The translations under genes and the position numbers were made by a program. A DNA stretch of 64,000 bases from an uncultured Candidatus Entotheonella sp. (GTDB lineage Bacteria > Tectomicrobia > Entotheonellia > Entotheonellales > Entotheonellaceae), in contig OZ244252.1 in NCBI GenBank assembly GCA_965217185.1, forward strand, positions 352,001 to 416,000, given 5' to 3'. Under the pieces are notes generated by a model that saw only the letters and a list, made by a program, of their open reading frames with translations, did no database searches and was not told the origin of the DNA. This document shows, one piece after another, positions 1 to 10,886 of this stretch; the first letter of the stretch is position 1, and each line of letters starts with the position of its first letter.

Positions 1-740
1 GGCCGGTAGGTAGCCAGATCGTTCGCGGCAATCAGGCCGCCGTGGGCAGTCATGAAACGGCCAAGCCGATGGGCCAACGTATCCTGGCTGAAAGCTTCCA
101 ACCCGACTTCCGAGATGTGTGCCAGGGTTTGCGCCAGTTCCGGCTGTTGTAACACCTCGCCGGCGGGTATGGGGCCTTGGGGGCGGGTGAAAATGCGCGC
201 TGTCGTGGGGTAGCGAGACAGGAGGTCATGGTACGCGGCGAACTGCTTGACCATTTTGGGGGTAGCGGTGATGCCGCGTTCAGCGTGGCGGATGGCCGGC
301 GCGATCATGGGTTCCAGCGTCTGACGCGACAGCAGCCCGAAATGGGCGGCGGCGTGGGCGAGCCCGCTGGGCATGCCGGGCACCGCAACCGACAGCGGAC
401 CGTGCAGGGTAAGATTATGCACGGATTGGCCAGTGCCGTAGTAATGATCCGGCGTGGCGGCGGCGGGAGCTCTTTCCCGGAAGTCCAGGCAGAGCACCCG
501 GCCATTACCGAGGCGGGCGGCGGGGGAAGCGGCATGGTTGTCCGGCATCCATATCGTCATGAATCCGCCACCGCCCAGGCCGGAGGCGTAGGGTTCGACG
601 ACGCCGAGGGTGAACGAAATCGCCAGTGCGGCGTCGATCGCATTGCCGCCGAGTTGCAGCATCTCAAGGCCGGCTTGCGCTGCCGATGGATGCGCAGCGC
701 ATACCATGCCTTGCGACCCATGAGGTCTATCTATTTCCAA
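1..740 (-). CDS. ggt: Gamma-glutamyltransferase, N-terminal part (truncated by window edge)
   Basis: Not in the ORF track. Manual minus-strand translation from TTG at 740 gives ...[51 protein letters not shown], the typical GGT N-terminus. Confidence 0.9.
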   Translation of the reverse strand, partial: MEIDRPHGSQGMVCAAHPSAAQAGLEMLQLGGNAIDAALAISFTLGVVEPYASGLGGGGFMTIWMPDNHAASPAARLGNGRVLCLDFRERAPAAATPDHYYGTGQSVHNLTLHGPLSVAVPGMPSGLAHAAAHFGLLSRQTLEPMIAPAIRHAERGITATPKMVKQFAAYHDLLSRYPTTARIFTRPQGPIPAGEVLQQPELAQTLAHISEVGLEAFSQDTLAHRLGRFMTAHGGLIAANDLATYR

Positions 741-813
741 GTCTGAACCTTTCCCCGTTCTCAAGCGGTATGGATTACAGCAAGTTGCCGCCCTTTGCGA
801 AGGAGACCCATCC

Positions 814-2457
814 ATGAGCCGGCTCACAATGTCCAAAGCCTGGAAAGCCTTGGAGACTCACAAAGAAGTCATCGCCGCCGAACACATGCGGGACCTGTTC
901 GCCGCCGACCCCCAGCGTTTCGATACATTTTCGCTGCGGTTCGGCGAAATACTGCTGGACTACTCCAAGAACCGGATTACTGGCGATACGATGCGGCTTC
1001 TGCGCGACTTGGCGATGCAGGCAGACCTGCCGGGCTGGATCGAGCGCATGTTCACCGGCAGCAAGATTAACACGACCGAGGACCGCGCCGTGTTGCATAT
1101 CGCGCTACGCAACCGCACCAACCGCTCCATATGGGTGGACGGCATCGACATCATGCCACAGATCAACGAGGTGCTGGACCGCATGCAGGCGTTCAGCACC
1201 GCGGTGCGCCAGGGCATTTGGACGGGGTATGCCGGCAAAGCGTTCACCGACGTGGTGAACATCGGCATCGGCGGCTCTGATCTGGGCCCCGCCATGGTCA
1301 CGGAGGCGCTCAAGCCTTATGCCCAGGAAGGATTGCACGTGCGCTTCGTTTCCAATATCGACGGCACTCACCTGGCCGAGACGCTGAAGCGCTGCCGCCC
1401 GGAGACAACGCTGTTTCTCGTTGCGTCGAAGACCTTTACGACCCAGGAAACGATGACCAATGCCCGCACGGCCAGGGATTGGTTTTTGCGCCAGGCTGGG
1501 GACGACGCCCACGTGGCCAAGCACTTTGTGGCGCTGTCCACGAACGCCGAAGCGGTGCGCGAATTCGGCATTGATCCTGCCAACATGTTCCCGTTCTGGG
1601 ACTGGGTGGGAGGGCGTTACTCGTTGTGGTCGGCCATCGGCCTGTCGATTGCAATTGCCATTGGTTTCGACAACTTCAGCGGGCTTCTCGACGGGGCGCA
1701 CGACATGGACGAGCATTTCCGCACCGCGCCGCTTGAGGAAAACCTTCCTGCCACGCTCGGGCTGCTGGGCATCTGGTACAACAACTTTTTGGGTGCCCAG
1801 ACCCACGCGATCCTGCCGTACGATCAATATATGCACCGCTTTCCCGCCTATTTCCAGCAAGGCGACATGGAGAGCAACGGCAAGAGCGTCCAGCGCGACG
1901 ACGGGGCGCCGGTTGAACATTCGACGGGCCCGGTCGTTTGGGGTGAGCCGGGCACCAACGGGCAGCATGCTTTCTATCAACTCATGCATCAGGGCACCCG
2001 ACTCATTCCGTGTGACTTCATCGCGCCCGTGAAAAGCCACAATGCGGTCGGCGACCACCACACGATTCTGTTGTCAAACTTCTTTGCGCAGACGGAGGCC
2101 TTGATGAAGGGCAGAACCGCCGAGGAGGTGCGTACCGAAGTCGCCGAAAGCGGCGTGAGCGAGTCGGCCATGGCAGACCTCATTCCCCACAGGGTGCTTT
2201 CCGGCAACAAGCCGACCAACAGCATTTTGGTGCCTCAGATCACGCCGAGAATTCTCGGCCAACTCATCGCGCTCTACGAGCACAAGATCTTCACGCAAGG
2301 GATCATCTGGAATATCAATTCATTCGATCAATGGGGGGTGGAACTCGGCAAGCAGCTTGCCAACGCCATTCTGCCCGAACTGGAAGGCACGGCTGAGGTC
2401 ACCGGTCATGATAGTTCGACGAACGGGCTGATCAATTACTATAAGGCCAACAGGTAG
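814..2457 (+). CDS. pgi: Glucose-6-phosphate isomerase
   Basis: 547 aa with [38 protein letters not shown] and [11 protein letters not shown] motifs; RBS aggag upstream. Confidence 0.98.
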   Translation: MSRLTMSKAWKALETHKEVIAAEHMRDLFAADPQRFDTFSLRFGEILLDYSKNRITGDTMRLLRDLAMQADLPGWIERMFTGSKINTTEDRAVLHIALRNRTNRSIWVDGIDIMPQINEVLDRMQAFSTAVRQGIWTGYAGKAFTDVVNIGIGGSDLGPAMVTEALKPYAQEGLHVRFVSNIDGTHLAETLKRCRPETTLFLVASKTFTTQETMTNARTARDWFLRQAGDDAHVAKHFVALSTNAEAVREFGIDPANMFPFWDWVGGRYSLWSAIGLSIAIAIGFDNFSGLLDGAHDMDEHFRTAPLEENLPATLGLLGIWYNNFLGAQTHAILPYDQYMHRFPAYFQQGDMESNGKSVQRDDGAPVEHSTGPVVWGEPGTNGQHAFYQLMHQGTRLIPCDFIAPVKSHNAVGDHHTILLSNFFAQTEALMKGRTAEEVRTEVAESGVSESAMADLIPHRVLSGNKPTNSILVPQITPRILGQLIALYEHKIFTQGIIWNINSFDQWGVELGKQLANAILPELEGTAEVTGHDSSTNGLINYYKANR

Positions 2458-2539
2458 GCCGCGGAACTGGGGAACGAACTGAGGAGGAATCGTCAGTGGA
2501 AACAGGGGCGACGGTGTATCCGACGCCCCTGGGGCTGGC

Positions 2540-3610
2540 TTAGTACAGCGCCACCGGGTTGCCGGGGGAGCCGGTCGCGCCGACGATCTTCAGGGGTGAC
2601 CAGACGAACAGAAACTCGTACGCCCCGTCCCTGATCAATGGCGTGAAATCAAGATTTTCGATATTCCAGATACCGCGCCGTGTTTGCATCTCGGTGTGGC
2701 ACGGCACCGCGTATCCTTCTGCCTCGCCAACCGGCTGGGCGTCGTTCGCCGACGTATCGCCGCCGGTCAGAATGATTTTACGCTCGGCAAAGTACTCGCA
2801 GGCGCTGACGCCGAAGCCCGGCTCGCCGGAGTTGAACATCTGCCGGCGCTGCGCCTTCTCTTCCGTGGACAGGGTGGGCCACACTTCGTTCGACCACAGG
2901 TCGCCGTGGCCGGTGTACAGGAATACGCAGTCGCCCTCGCCGATGTCCGCGAGGCCCTGCTTGCGCAACATGCCCCGCACGTCGTCGGCGGTGACAATGC
3001 CCGGGCTGTCCGTCGAGCGCGGGATCGGCAGCGGGTTTATGCCCTTGTAGTCGGCGGCGTTCAGCAACACGCCGCGGCACACGAAACCCTTCTCCGCTAC
3101 AAACTCGACACCGAGGCCGCCCATACCGATGACGCGTCCACCGGCGCCGCGGGTGTAAGTCTCGGCGGCCATCTGGCCGTTGTAGAAGAAATCGCCCGCC
3201 GAGGTGCGGACGCCGATGTGGCCCGGACCGTCGAACTGGGTGCTCACTTGGCCTATTTCAGTGGTCACCAATTCATCGTGATACACCAGGTTGTTCTTGC
3301 CGAACGGGCCGCCGGTGGGGGTGCCGGGGATGGTCAGGCTCCAGCTGCGCGGGCCGAAAAGGGGAACGTCGGAGGCGTACAATTTGCCAAGCGTCGCCAC
3401 CTTGCCTTGCTTAACCAGCCTGATCGCGTTCAAAACGATTTCCGGTGTGGTGCGGTTGGGGGCGCCGACTCGGTCGTCCGGACCCCATTCCGTCGGGGCC
3501 CAGTTTTCCATGAGCGGCTTGTCGTCCATCTGGGCGTGGGCCATTGCGGCAAACAGGCATACCGCGATGACCATGGCCAGCGCGGACAGCTTGTTCATTC
3601 TGAGTGCCAT
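2540..3610 (-). CDS. Secreted cyclase-family (kynurenine formamidase-like) metal-dependent hydrolase
   Basis: Signal peptide (AMAHA-Q), WGPDD, TQFDGPGH, GIWNIENL and GATGSPGNPVAL cyclase-family motifs. Confidence 0.85.
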   Translation of the reverse strand: MALRMNKLSALAMVIAVCLFAAMAHAQMDDKPLMENWAPTEWGPDDRVGAPNRTTPEIVLNAIRLVKQGKVATLGKLYASDVPLFGPRSWSLTIPGTPTGGPFGKNNLVYHDELVTTEIGQVSTQFDGPGHIGVRTSAGDFFYNGQMAAETYTRGAGGRVIGMGGLGVEFVAEKGFVCRGVLLNAADYKGINPLPIPRSTDSPGIVTADDVRGMLRKQGLADIGEGDCVFLYTGHGDLWSNEVWPTLSTEEKAQRRQMFNSGEPGFGVSACEYFAERKIILTGGDTSANDAQPVGEAEGYAVPCHTEMQTRRGIWNIENLDFTPLIRDGAYEFLFVWSPLKIVGATGSPGNPVALY

Positions 3611-3723
3611 ATCCTCTCCTTTGAACCAGAGATGCGCTTTCCGTGAGGTAGTGATAATCGCTACCGATTATTAAAGAAGTAAGCCAGTATTGATTTCACA
3701 AACAGCCCGTCATGTCAAGCGGA

Positions 3724-4608
3724 TTACACCGGCATAGCGCGTCGAGTATGGGTGCGACCTTCCTTGGCCGTTTCCTCCCGGCCGCCGGCGATCACCCGTA
3801 TGCCTGAGTCGATTTTCTCGATCACCGTTTCTGGCGTACAGCTTTCCAGGAAAGCCACCCCGTTGGCTCGGCAGGCGCGGAAGACACGGTTGCATGCCCG
3901 CTGCATATCCGGTGGAAACGGCTCGCGCGGCACCTGTTTGTAGCCCATCGCCAGACCCAGGTCGCCCGGGCCCATTTCGGCGAACCCGAGGCCGGGCACG
4001 CTGAGAATCTGCTCGACGTTGGATATCCCTTCAAGGCTCTCGATCTTCACCCCCAGAAGCAGTTCGCCACGCGGGTTGAGGGGCCACGGGTCGGCGTGGT
4101 CGATGTATGCTTCCTGGCTTACGCCCCAGATGGCTGCCGCTTCGGGCTCCGAACCGCGCCCGCGTCGGCCGACCCGCAGGCCGCGACCGACGCCGACGGT
4201 ATTGATCGGGTACCGGCAAGACTCCACAAAGGCGCGCACGGCGTCGGCCGATTCTGCCTGACAGAGAAGGATGCCGTGGACGCCGCGGGCGAGAATCTGC
4301 CTGAACTGCCAAGCGTTGTTGCGAATGACGGATTCGCTCGATCCGTCGACCGGAACTTCGACGATCACCGTCGGGGTGCGGTGGCCGCTGGCCGTCGGGC
4401 CGCCGTCGACCAGCCCCTGCATATACATTCCCAGCCCGGTCATGTCGAACGCCCCATGCTCCATCCCGACGTTGATGTAATCGGCCCACGTGTTAGCGTC
4501 CTCACGGCCCTTTTCATGGGTCAGAATGTGCCCTGTATGGTCGCCGTCGTAGTAGATGGGCTGGCCGCTCGCCAGTAGCGCAACGGCACGGTTGATGCGG
4601 CTTTGCAT
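3724..4608 (-). CDS. HpcH/HpaI aldolase / citrate lyase family protein
   Basis: GMEHGAFD, GVHGILLC, LLGVKIES and EMGPGDLG motifs. Start taken at MQSRINR (4608) behind a GGAAAGGA RBS. Confidence 0.8.
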   Translation of the reverse strand: MQSRINRAVALLASGQPIYYDGDHTGHILTHEKGREDANTWADYINVGMEHGAFDMTGLGMYMQGLVDGGPTASGHRTPTVIVEVPVDGSSESVIRNNAWQFRQILARGVHGILLCQAESADAVRAFVESCRYPINTVGVGRGLRVGRRGRGSEPEAAAIWGVSQEAYIDHADPWPLNPRGELLLGVKIESLEGISNVEQILSVPGLGFAEMGPGDLGLAMGYKQVPREPFPPDMQRACNRVFRACRANGVAFLESCTPETVIEKIDSGIRVIAGGREETAKEGRTHTRRAMPV

Positions 4609-4812
4609 AAGGGTGTCCTTTCCGTTCTGAGGTTGGGATAATTTCGGGATTAGGGGAACGCGGGGGACGCGTATGTGTGTCTCGTCCTTTGTATGCAGGT
4701 ACTTGGGAAGTTCCTTGACAAGGCAGAATAGAGCATGGCACTTTAGACGCCTTCGCCGCCACAGGCAAGGCGGCAAACGAGTTTGGCGACATTCCTTAAT
4801 AGGAGAGAGGGT

Positions 4813-5793
4813 ATGCAAAGGTACAAGGCATTATTGATTGTCATGCTGGCGCTTGTATTTTGCGTCTCATCGGCGATGGCTCAGAGCAAGGAAGAGGGAC
4901 CGTGGTGGCCGCATCCGATCTGGGGTGCTGGTGATCAGGCTGGTGGCTCCAACTGGATCACGCCGGAAAAGATTATGGATTCGCTGAAGATGGTAACCAC
5001 CGGCAAAGTCTACGAGATTGGTCAGGTGTACGAGCGCGGCATGCCGCTGTTCGGGCAGCGCACTTATGCGATATTCGCCAATCAGGCCGGCCCGTTTGGC
5101 GATAACATGCTGATGGGTCATGACGATTTTCTGTGCGCTGAGATCGGCCAGGTGGGCACGCAGTTCGACGGCCCGGCCCACATCGGCATGCGCATGGCCA
5201 TGGCCGACGGCACCAGCAGGGACGTCTATTACAACGGCTATACCGAGCAGGACGACATGAAGGGTTTTTACGGCGTCGAGAGTTTGGGCGTCGAGAACGT
5301 CAAGCCGTACATCACCCGCGGCGTTCTGGTTGACGTTGCCGGATACAAGGGCGTGGATACCCTCGATCACAGCTACGAAGTCACCATGGACGACGTGCGC
5401 GGCGCGCTCGCCAAGCAGGGCATCTCCGAGTCGAGCATCAACGACGGTGACGCGCTGTTCTTCAACTATGGCTGGTCGAAGCTGTGGGGTGATCCCGACA
5501 CCTACAACACCAACCCTCCGGGTATCGGCATGGAAGTGGCCGAATGGGTCGTCGCGCAGAATGCCGCGATGGTCGGCTCCGACTCCTGGCCGACCGAAGT
5601 GTGGCCGAGCCCGACGGGCCTGGTCGTACCGGTACACCAGGAGCTGATCACGAAGAACGGTATTTTCAACCTGGAAAATATGGTCTTCGAGAGCGTGATT
5701 GCAGACGGCGTGTATGAGTTCCTCTACATTTTCACGCCCATCCGGTTTAAGGGCGGCACCGGTTCGCCGGCCCGTCCGCTGGCTATTCGGTAA
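4813..5793 (+). CDS. Secreted cyclase-family protein (paralog of 2540-3610)
   Basis: Signal peptide (SAMA-Q), QVGTQFDGPAH, GIFNLEN and GGTGSPARPLAI; RBS aggagagagg before ATG 4813. Confidence 0.85.
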   Translation: MQRYKALLIVMLALVFCVSSAMAQSKEEGPWWPHPIWGAGDQAGGSNWITPEKIMDSLKMVTTGKVYEIGQVYERGMPLFGQRTYAIFANQAGPFGDNMLMGHDDFLCAEIGQVGTQFDGPAHIGMRMAMADGTSRDVYYNGYTEQDDMKGFYGVESLGVENVKPYITRGVLVDVAGYKGVDTLDHSYEVTMDDVRGALAKQGISESSINDGDALFFNYGWSKLWGDPDTYNTNPPGIGMEVAEWVVAQNAAMVGSDSWPTEVWPSPTGLVVPVHQELITKNGIFNLENMVFESVIADGVYEFLYIFTPIRFKGGTGSPARPLAIR

Positions 5794-5818
5794 TTATCCA
5801 CACACAGCCACGTAGCAG

Positions 5819-5854
5819 AAAAGGGGACGCCCGCTTTGGGTCGTCCCCTTTTTT
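5819..5854 (+). terminator. Rho-independent terminator after the cyclase gene (possibly bidirectional)
   Basis: aaaaggggacg...cgtcccctttttt hairpin with T-tract. Confidence 0.75.
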
Positions 5855-5869
5855 ATGTCCCGACAAATC

Positions 5870-5913
5870 AAAAGGCCGGGGAACGTTTTTACACGCTCCC
5901 CGGCCTCTTTTTT
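5870..5913. terminator. Second terminator hairpin between convergent genes
   Basis: aaaaggccggggaacg...cgctccccggcctctttttt. Confidence 0.7.
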
Positions 5914-5928
5914 GCCTAGCGGGTCAAC

Positions 5929-7434
5929 TTACGCCCGTTTGGCGATATACCCATAAGCGGTGTTGTCACGCAGGGCCGTGAGCTTACCGGCCGCGTCGTA
6001 ATCCCGCTTGATTTGCGCAAACTTGTCCTCGCTCAGGCGGCCATAGTTGGCCTGCAGGTCGAGATTGTACAAGCGTGCGGAGTTAAGGCCGAAGATCTGT
6101 TGCTTGACCGAGCTGTCGGCACCACCCAGAGGCGCGAAACCGTACTTCTCCTGCATGTCCTCGGGGATTTCCATGCGGCGCATCGCCTCGATCTGCCACT
6201 GCGGCGAACCGTAGAGCACGGAGTCGGTTCCCCACACGACGTTGGAGACGCCCAGGCCCTTGATCCAGGTGCCCAGAATCGCCGCCGTGAGGCGCGGGTT
6301 GACGATGGACGTGGATGCGAAGGTCGTACCCATTTCGGCGTAGATGTTCGAGGCGCCGTTCTGGGCCGGGATGTCGGCCAGATCCGAACACCAATCGATC
6401 CTGCCGGTCTTCTCGAAATCGCCCAAGCCATCTTCGGGCTTGTCGAACCAGGCCCGGAAGCAGCCGTGGTAGACGATGAAATTGAGCTGCGGCCAGTCTG
6501 CTGCGGCCTTGACGAGGTCGCGCGGCGTCTGATATTCCCACACGCCAGCCCAACTCTCCTCGTAATCCCTCGGCATCAGGCCCTTGTGAATACACATGTT
6601 GTTGATGCCCGCCTTCACGGCCTTCTCGTAGAACGGGTACATCAGCTTCTCGTCATCAAGCCAGAAGGGATACTTCGTCTTTGCAGACAGGGGATCGCCG
6701 ATGGTGTAGAGCTTCCAGCTTGCGGGCGGACGCTCGTCCAAGGCGCGGTCGACTTCTTCCATCCAGCCGGGCTGCCCCGGGGTCACCACATTGTGGGCCA
6801 CCATGCGGGTGTGTCCCGCCGTCTGGTTGACCATCTTGGCGGCTTCGGCGATCTGCGCGTTGCTGAGGAATTCCCAGGAATCGTCATCAAACGGCGCACC
6901 GCTCAACACCGTTACGTCGGTATCGCTGTTGAGGTAAATCTGGCGCACGTAGTTCTCGAACTTGATCAGATAGATGTCGATGTTGTTGGGATCCATCCCC
7001 GTCTTAAAGTCCGTGGCCGTCTGCTGCAAGAAGCCGAGGAAGCCTTCCTGCGAGTAGTCGTCGCGCACGAAGTGGGTCTGCACATCGAAGATGAACTGCT
7101 GCTTGAGGGCTTCGGCGCGCTCGTTGGCCATGGTGGCGTCGGCAGCCTCGGCCTCGGACACGTTGAACACGTTGCCGTACACGCTGTTCATGGCCAGGAA
7201 AGCGGCGGCCATGCCGGAACTGGTTTTGAGGAACTCGCGGCGGTCCAGGCCTTGCTTGGCGCCGTACGTATCGGCCAGTTCCTTGATGCGCGCTTCAACT
7301 TGCTTTTGCTGCGCGTTTTGTGGTGGCGGATTGAATTCGCCGTTGGAGATGACCTGCGTGGGAATCGGCGAGTGGAACGCGTTTTCCGCGCCTTCGACGA
7401 GTGAAAACTCACGATCACTGAAATAGGTACCCAT
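5929..7434 (-). CDS. Amidohydrolase family protein with twin-arginine-like motif (copy 1)
   Basis: 501 aa with DRREFLK, FDVQTHF, CIHKG, FIVYHG and VVWGTDS metal-ligand motifs. Confidence 0.88.
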   Translation of the reverse strand: MGTYFSDREFSLVEGAENAFHSPIPTQVISNGEFNPPPQNAQQKQVEARIKELADTYGAKQGLDRREFLKTSSGMAAAFLAMNSVYGNVFNVSEAEAADATMANERAEALKQQFIFDVQTHFVRDDYSQEGFLGFLQQTATDFKTGMDPNNIDIYLIKFENYVRQIYLNSDTDVTVLSGAPFDDDSWEFLSNAQIAEAAKMVNQTAGHTRMVAHNVVTPGQPGWMEEVDRALDERPPASWKLYTIGDPLSAKTKYPFWLDDEKLMYPFYEKAVKAGINNMCIHKGLMPRDYEESWAGVWEYQTPRDLVKAAADWPQLNFIVYHGCFRAWFDKPEDGLGDFEKTGRIDWCSDLADIPAQNGASNIYAEMGTTFASTSIVNPRLTAAILGTWIKGLGVSNVVWGTDSVLYGSPQWQIEAMRRMEIPEDMQEKYGFAPLGGADSSVKQQIFGLNSARLYNLDLQANYGRLSEDKFAQIKRDYDAAGKLTALRDNTAYGYIAKRA

Positions 7435-7579
7435 TATTACATACCCTCACATGTTAACGATGTTGTACTACACACTACACAGGCGCGGACGATGACGCGT
7501 GTCCGCTTGATGAGTGCATGCGGGACGGGAAGACCGGCCCACATGCACCGTTGGGGCAAGAGCGGAAACTCAGATCCGA

Positions 7580-9085
7580 TTAGGCACGTTTGGCAATATA
7601 GCCGTACGCCTTGTTGTCACGCAGGGCGGTGAGCTTGCCGGCCTGATCGTAGTCCCGTTTGATCTGCGCGAACTTGTCCTCGCTGAACCGACTGTAGTCG
7701 GCTTGCAGGTCGAGGCCGTATAGGCGCGCAGAGGTGAGACCCAATATCTGGTTCTTGACCGCGCCATCGGCGGAGCCAAGCGGCGCAAAGCCGTACTTCT
7801 CCTGCATATCTTCGGGTATTTCGAGGCGGCGCAGGGCGTCAATCTGCCACTGCGGCGAGCCGTGAAATACGGAGTCCGTTCCCCACACCACGTTGGAGGC
7901 GCCGAGGCCGTTGATCCAAGTGCCCAGGATGGCCGCCGTGAGGCGCGGGCTGACGATTGCTGTCGAAGCGAAGGTGGTACCCATCTCCGCATAAATGTTC
8001 GAGGCGCCGTTTTGCGCCGGGATCTCGGCAAGGTCGCTGCACCACTCGATCCTGCCGGTGTTCTCGAAGTCGGCCATGGCATCTCCGGGCTTGTCGAAGA
8101 AGGCCCGGAAGCAGCCGTGGTAGATGATGAAGTTGAGCTGCGGCCAGTCTTTCGCCGCCTTGACGAGGTCGCGCGGGGTTTGGTATTCCCACACGCCGGC
8201 CCAGCTGTCGGCGTAATCCCTCGGCATCAGCCCCTTGTGGATGCAGAGATTGTTGATGCCCGACTTCACGGCCTTCTCGTAGAAGGGGTACATCAGCTTC
8301 TCGTCATCGAGCCAGAAGGGGTATTTCGTCTTGGGAGTCAGCGGGTCGCCGATGGTGTACAGCTTCCAACTGGCGGGTGGCCGCTCGGCCAGGGCCTGGT
8401 CCACTTCATCCATCCAGCCGGGCTGTCCTGGCGTTATCACCGCGTGGGCCAGCATGCGGGTATGCCCCGCCGTCTGGTTGACCATATTGGCGGCTTCGGC
8501 AATCTGCGCGTTGTTGAGGAACTCCCAGGTGTCATCGTCGAAGGGCGCGCCGCTCAAGACGGATACCTTGGTATCGCTGTTGAGGTAGATCTGGCGCACA
8601 TAGTTCTCGAACTTCATCAGGTACATGCTGATGTTGTTCGGGTCCAGGCCGTTTTTCCACACGTCGGCGCCTTCTTTCAGGAAGCCGAGGAAGCCGTCCT
8701 GAGTGTAGTCGTCGCGTACGAAGTGGGTCTGGACGTCGAAGACGAACTGGTTCTTGAGGGATTCAGCGCGTTCGTTGGCCATGGCGGCGTCGGCAGCCTC
8801 GGCCTCTGAGACATCGAACATGTTGCCGTACACGCTGTTCATGGCCAGGAAGGCGGCGGCCATGCCGGAACTGGTTTTGAGGAACTCGCGGCGGTCTAGG
8901 CCCTGCTTGGCGCCGTACGTATCGGCCAGTTCCTTGATGCGCGCTTCGACCTGCTTTTGCTGCGCGCTTTGCGGTGGCGGATTGAATTCCCCGTTTGAAA
9001 CGACTTGGGTTGGAATCGGTGAGTGAAAGGCGTTTTCCGCGCCTTCCACGAGCGAGAATTCTCTGTCACTGAAATAAGTACCCAT
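7580..9085 (-). CDS. Amidohydrolase family protein with twin-arginine-like motif (copy 2, tandem paralog)
   Basis: 501 aa, collinear with and highly similar to 5929-7434; same motifs. Confidence 0.88.
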   Translation of the reverse strand: MGTYFSDREFSLVEGAENAFHSPIPTQVVSNGEFNPPPQSAQQKQVEARIKELADTYGAKQGLDRREFLKTSSGMAAAFLAMNSVYGNMFDVSEAEAADAAMANERAESLKNQFVFDVQTHFVRDDYTQDGFLGFLKEGADVWKNGLDPNNISMYLMKFENYVRQIYLNSDTKVSVLSGAPFDDDTWEFLNNAQIAEAANMVNQTAGHTRMLAHAVITPGQPGWMDEVDQALAERPPASWKLYTIGDPLTPKTKYPFWLDDEKLMYPFYEKAVKSGINNLCIHKGLMPRDYADSWAGVWEYQTPRDLVKAAKDWPQLNFIIYHGCFRAFFDKPGDAMADFENTGRIEWCSDLAEIPAQNGASNIYAEMGTTFASTAIVSPRLTAAILGTWINGLGASNVVWGTDSVFHGSPQWQIDALRRLEIPEDMQEKYGFAPLGSADGAVKNQILGLTSARLYGLDLQADYSRFSEDKFAQIKRDYDQAGKLTALRDNKAYGYIAKRA

Positions 9086-9341
9086 GGGAATGTCTCCTCT
9101 TTAAGGTACACAAAGGACAGAACTTCTTCCGTTTCCACAGAACCACAGAACACCACCCGGCAACAGCCATAAGACGCCGCAGCGTCTCGTCTTCGTTGCC
9201 GGTCTCTAATGATCATCACTAGTGAATCGCACTCTAGACCAGTCATTTTAAATGTCAATAGAGTTTTTAATCCTGACAAAAAGGATTTCGACTGCTGCTC
9301 GGTACCCATTCAAGGCAGGCCTCCGGGGGGCGGCATGGGGT

Positions 9342-9371
9342 TTGACACCGTCGAACGGCTATCAGTATAGT
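9342..9371 (+). promoter_or_regulatory. Putative sigma70 promoter for the RND operon
   Basis: TTGACA (9342-9347), 18 bp spacer, TATAGT (9366-9371). Confidence 0.5.
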
Positions 9372-9471
9372 ATGCCATCCTTTGAGACGAACGGGTGTGA
9401 GAGTCGCCAGTGGCTTCGACAGCAAATGGTGCGCTTAAGGCTGCTATGGAGATAAGGCTAAGATAAAGCTC

Positions 9472-10845
9472 ATGAAGAACAAGATTAGTTGTACTCCTTC
9501 CATGATGACTTCTCCTGCTATAAGTGGACAAGGAGGCGGCCGACGCCGTTGCGGCGCTTTGGCCCGCAGGCTTTTCCGCACCGGTCGACCGCCGGGTGCG
9601 GCTGTCTTGTGGTTTTGTGTGCTTGCCTTGTCTGCTTCTATGTGGGGCACAGCGGGTGCCCAGGACGCGCCGCAGGGGCCGCCCCCGGCGCCGGTGACCA
9701 CGGCATTGGCCGAGGGTGGGGCGTTCAGCAAGCCGGTGCGCGTGACGGGCACGGTCGAGGCGCTGGCCAGCACGGTGCTTTCCAGTGAAGTCGATGGTTA
9801 TCTTGCCGAACTGCTGGTTGATGAGGGCGACACCGTGACCGCAGGGCAGGTACTGGCCCAGATTCGCGCCTTGCCGTACCGCTATGCTCTGGAGCAAGCC
9901 GAAGCACTGGCGCGGGTGGATCAGGAGCGCCTGCGGGAGTTGCGCCAGGGAACTCGTCAGGAAGACATCGCAATGGCCAAGGCGAATCTCGCCAAAGCCG
10001 AGGTGACGGCGGAAAAGGCGAACAAGCACTATGCCCGCAGCCAGTCGTTGCTGGGGAAGAAGATCATCAGCGACGAGGAATTAGACGAGGCGCAAGAACG
10101 CTGGGAGGAAGCCCAAGCCATCTTGGAGGTTGAGAGGGCGACCCATGAACGCGCCCTGGCCGGCGCGCGCGAAGAGGAGATAGGGGCTGCTGAGGCCCGC
10201 GCCGCCGCCAGTGAGGCGCAGGCTGCCGTGGCCAAGGACCTGCTCGATCGCGCCACGATTCGCGCCCCGTTCGATGGCGTGATCACCGCCAAGCATACGG
10301 AAGTCGGGTCGTGGGTTTCGATCGGTGACGGCGTCTTCGGTCTCGATACCACCAGCAAGGTGCGTGTGCGGGTGGACATCCCGGAGACGTATTACGGCCG
10401 GATTGTCATCGGCAGTGACATGTCGATCACCTTCGACGGCGTTCCCAATCAGACCTTTGTCGGCAAGGTGACGAAGAAAATTCCGCGCGCCAGCGGCAGG
10501 AGCCGGGCCTTCCCCATTTTGGTGAATCTGGATAACAGCGAGGGGCACTTGGCCTCCGGTATGCTGGCCCGTGTGATGCTGGAGACTCCGAACTCGGGTG
10601 AGAACAGCGTTATCGTGCCGCGCGACGCCTTGGTGCCGCGCGGGCTGAATCACATTCTGGTGCGCGTGCAGGATAAGGACGGGCAGCCGATTGCGGAGAT
10701 TTTGCCGGTGAGGCCGGGGCGCTATTTCGGCGAGGCGGTGGAAGTATTTGGCGATCTGCGGGCTGGCGACCGTGTCGTGGTGCGCGGCAATGAGCGGATA
10801 CGTCCGGGTCAGCCTCTCGTGCTGGATCGGTTTCTGACCAATTAG
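9472..10845 (+). CDS. Efflux RND transporter periplasmic adaptor (MFP) subunit; true start may be downstream
   Basis: VDEGDTVTAGQVL lipoyl-like halves, long alpha-hairpin, IRAPFDGVI, GLRAGDRVV-like C-terminus. Confidence 0.9.
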   Translation: MKNKISCTPSMMTSPAISGQGGGRRRCGALARRLFRTGRPPGAAVLWFCVLALSASMWGTAGAQDAPQGPPPAPVTTALAEGGAFSKPVRVTGTVEALASTVLSSEVDGYLAELLVDEGDTVTAGQVLAQIRALPYRYALEQAEALARVDQERLRELRQGTRQEDIAMAKANLAKAEVTAEKANKHYARSQSLLGKKIISDEELDEAQERWEEAQAILEVERATHERALAGAREEEIGAAEARAAASEAQAAVAKDLLDRATIRAPFDGVITAKHTEVGSWVSIGDGVFGLDTTSKVRVRVDIPETYYGRIVIGSDMSITFDGVPNQTFVGKVTKKIPRASGRSRAFPILVNLDNSEGHLASGMLARVMLETPNSGENSVIVPRDALVPRGLNHILVRVQDKDGQPIAEILPVRPGRYFGEAVEVFGDLRAGDRVVVRGNERIRPGQPLVLDRFLTN

Positions 10846-10886
10846 AGGGTGCATGCGGCGGTTGAGCGCCGGGGAGTCGTTAAGCG

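Noticed and set aside
177..746. 189-aa plus-strand ORF at the window start
   Set aside because: Antisense shadow of the minus-strand ggt gene.
9100..9460. tRNA or structured ncRNA in the long intergenic region
   Set aside because: No cloverleaf, T-loop or riboswitch consensus recognised; it is explained by divergent promoters.
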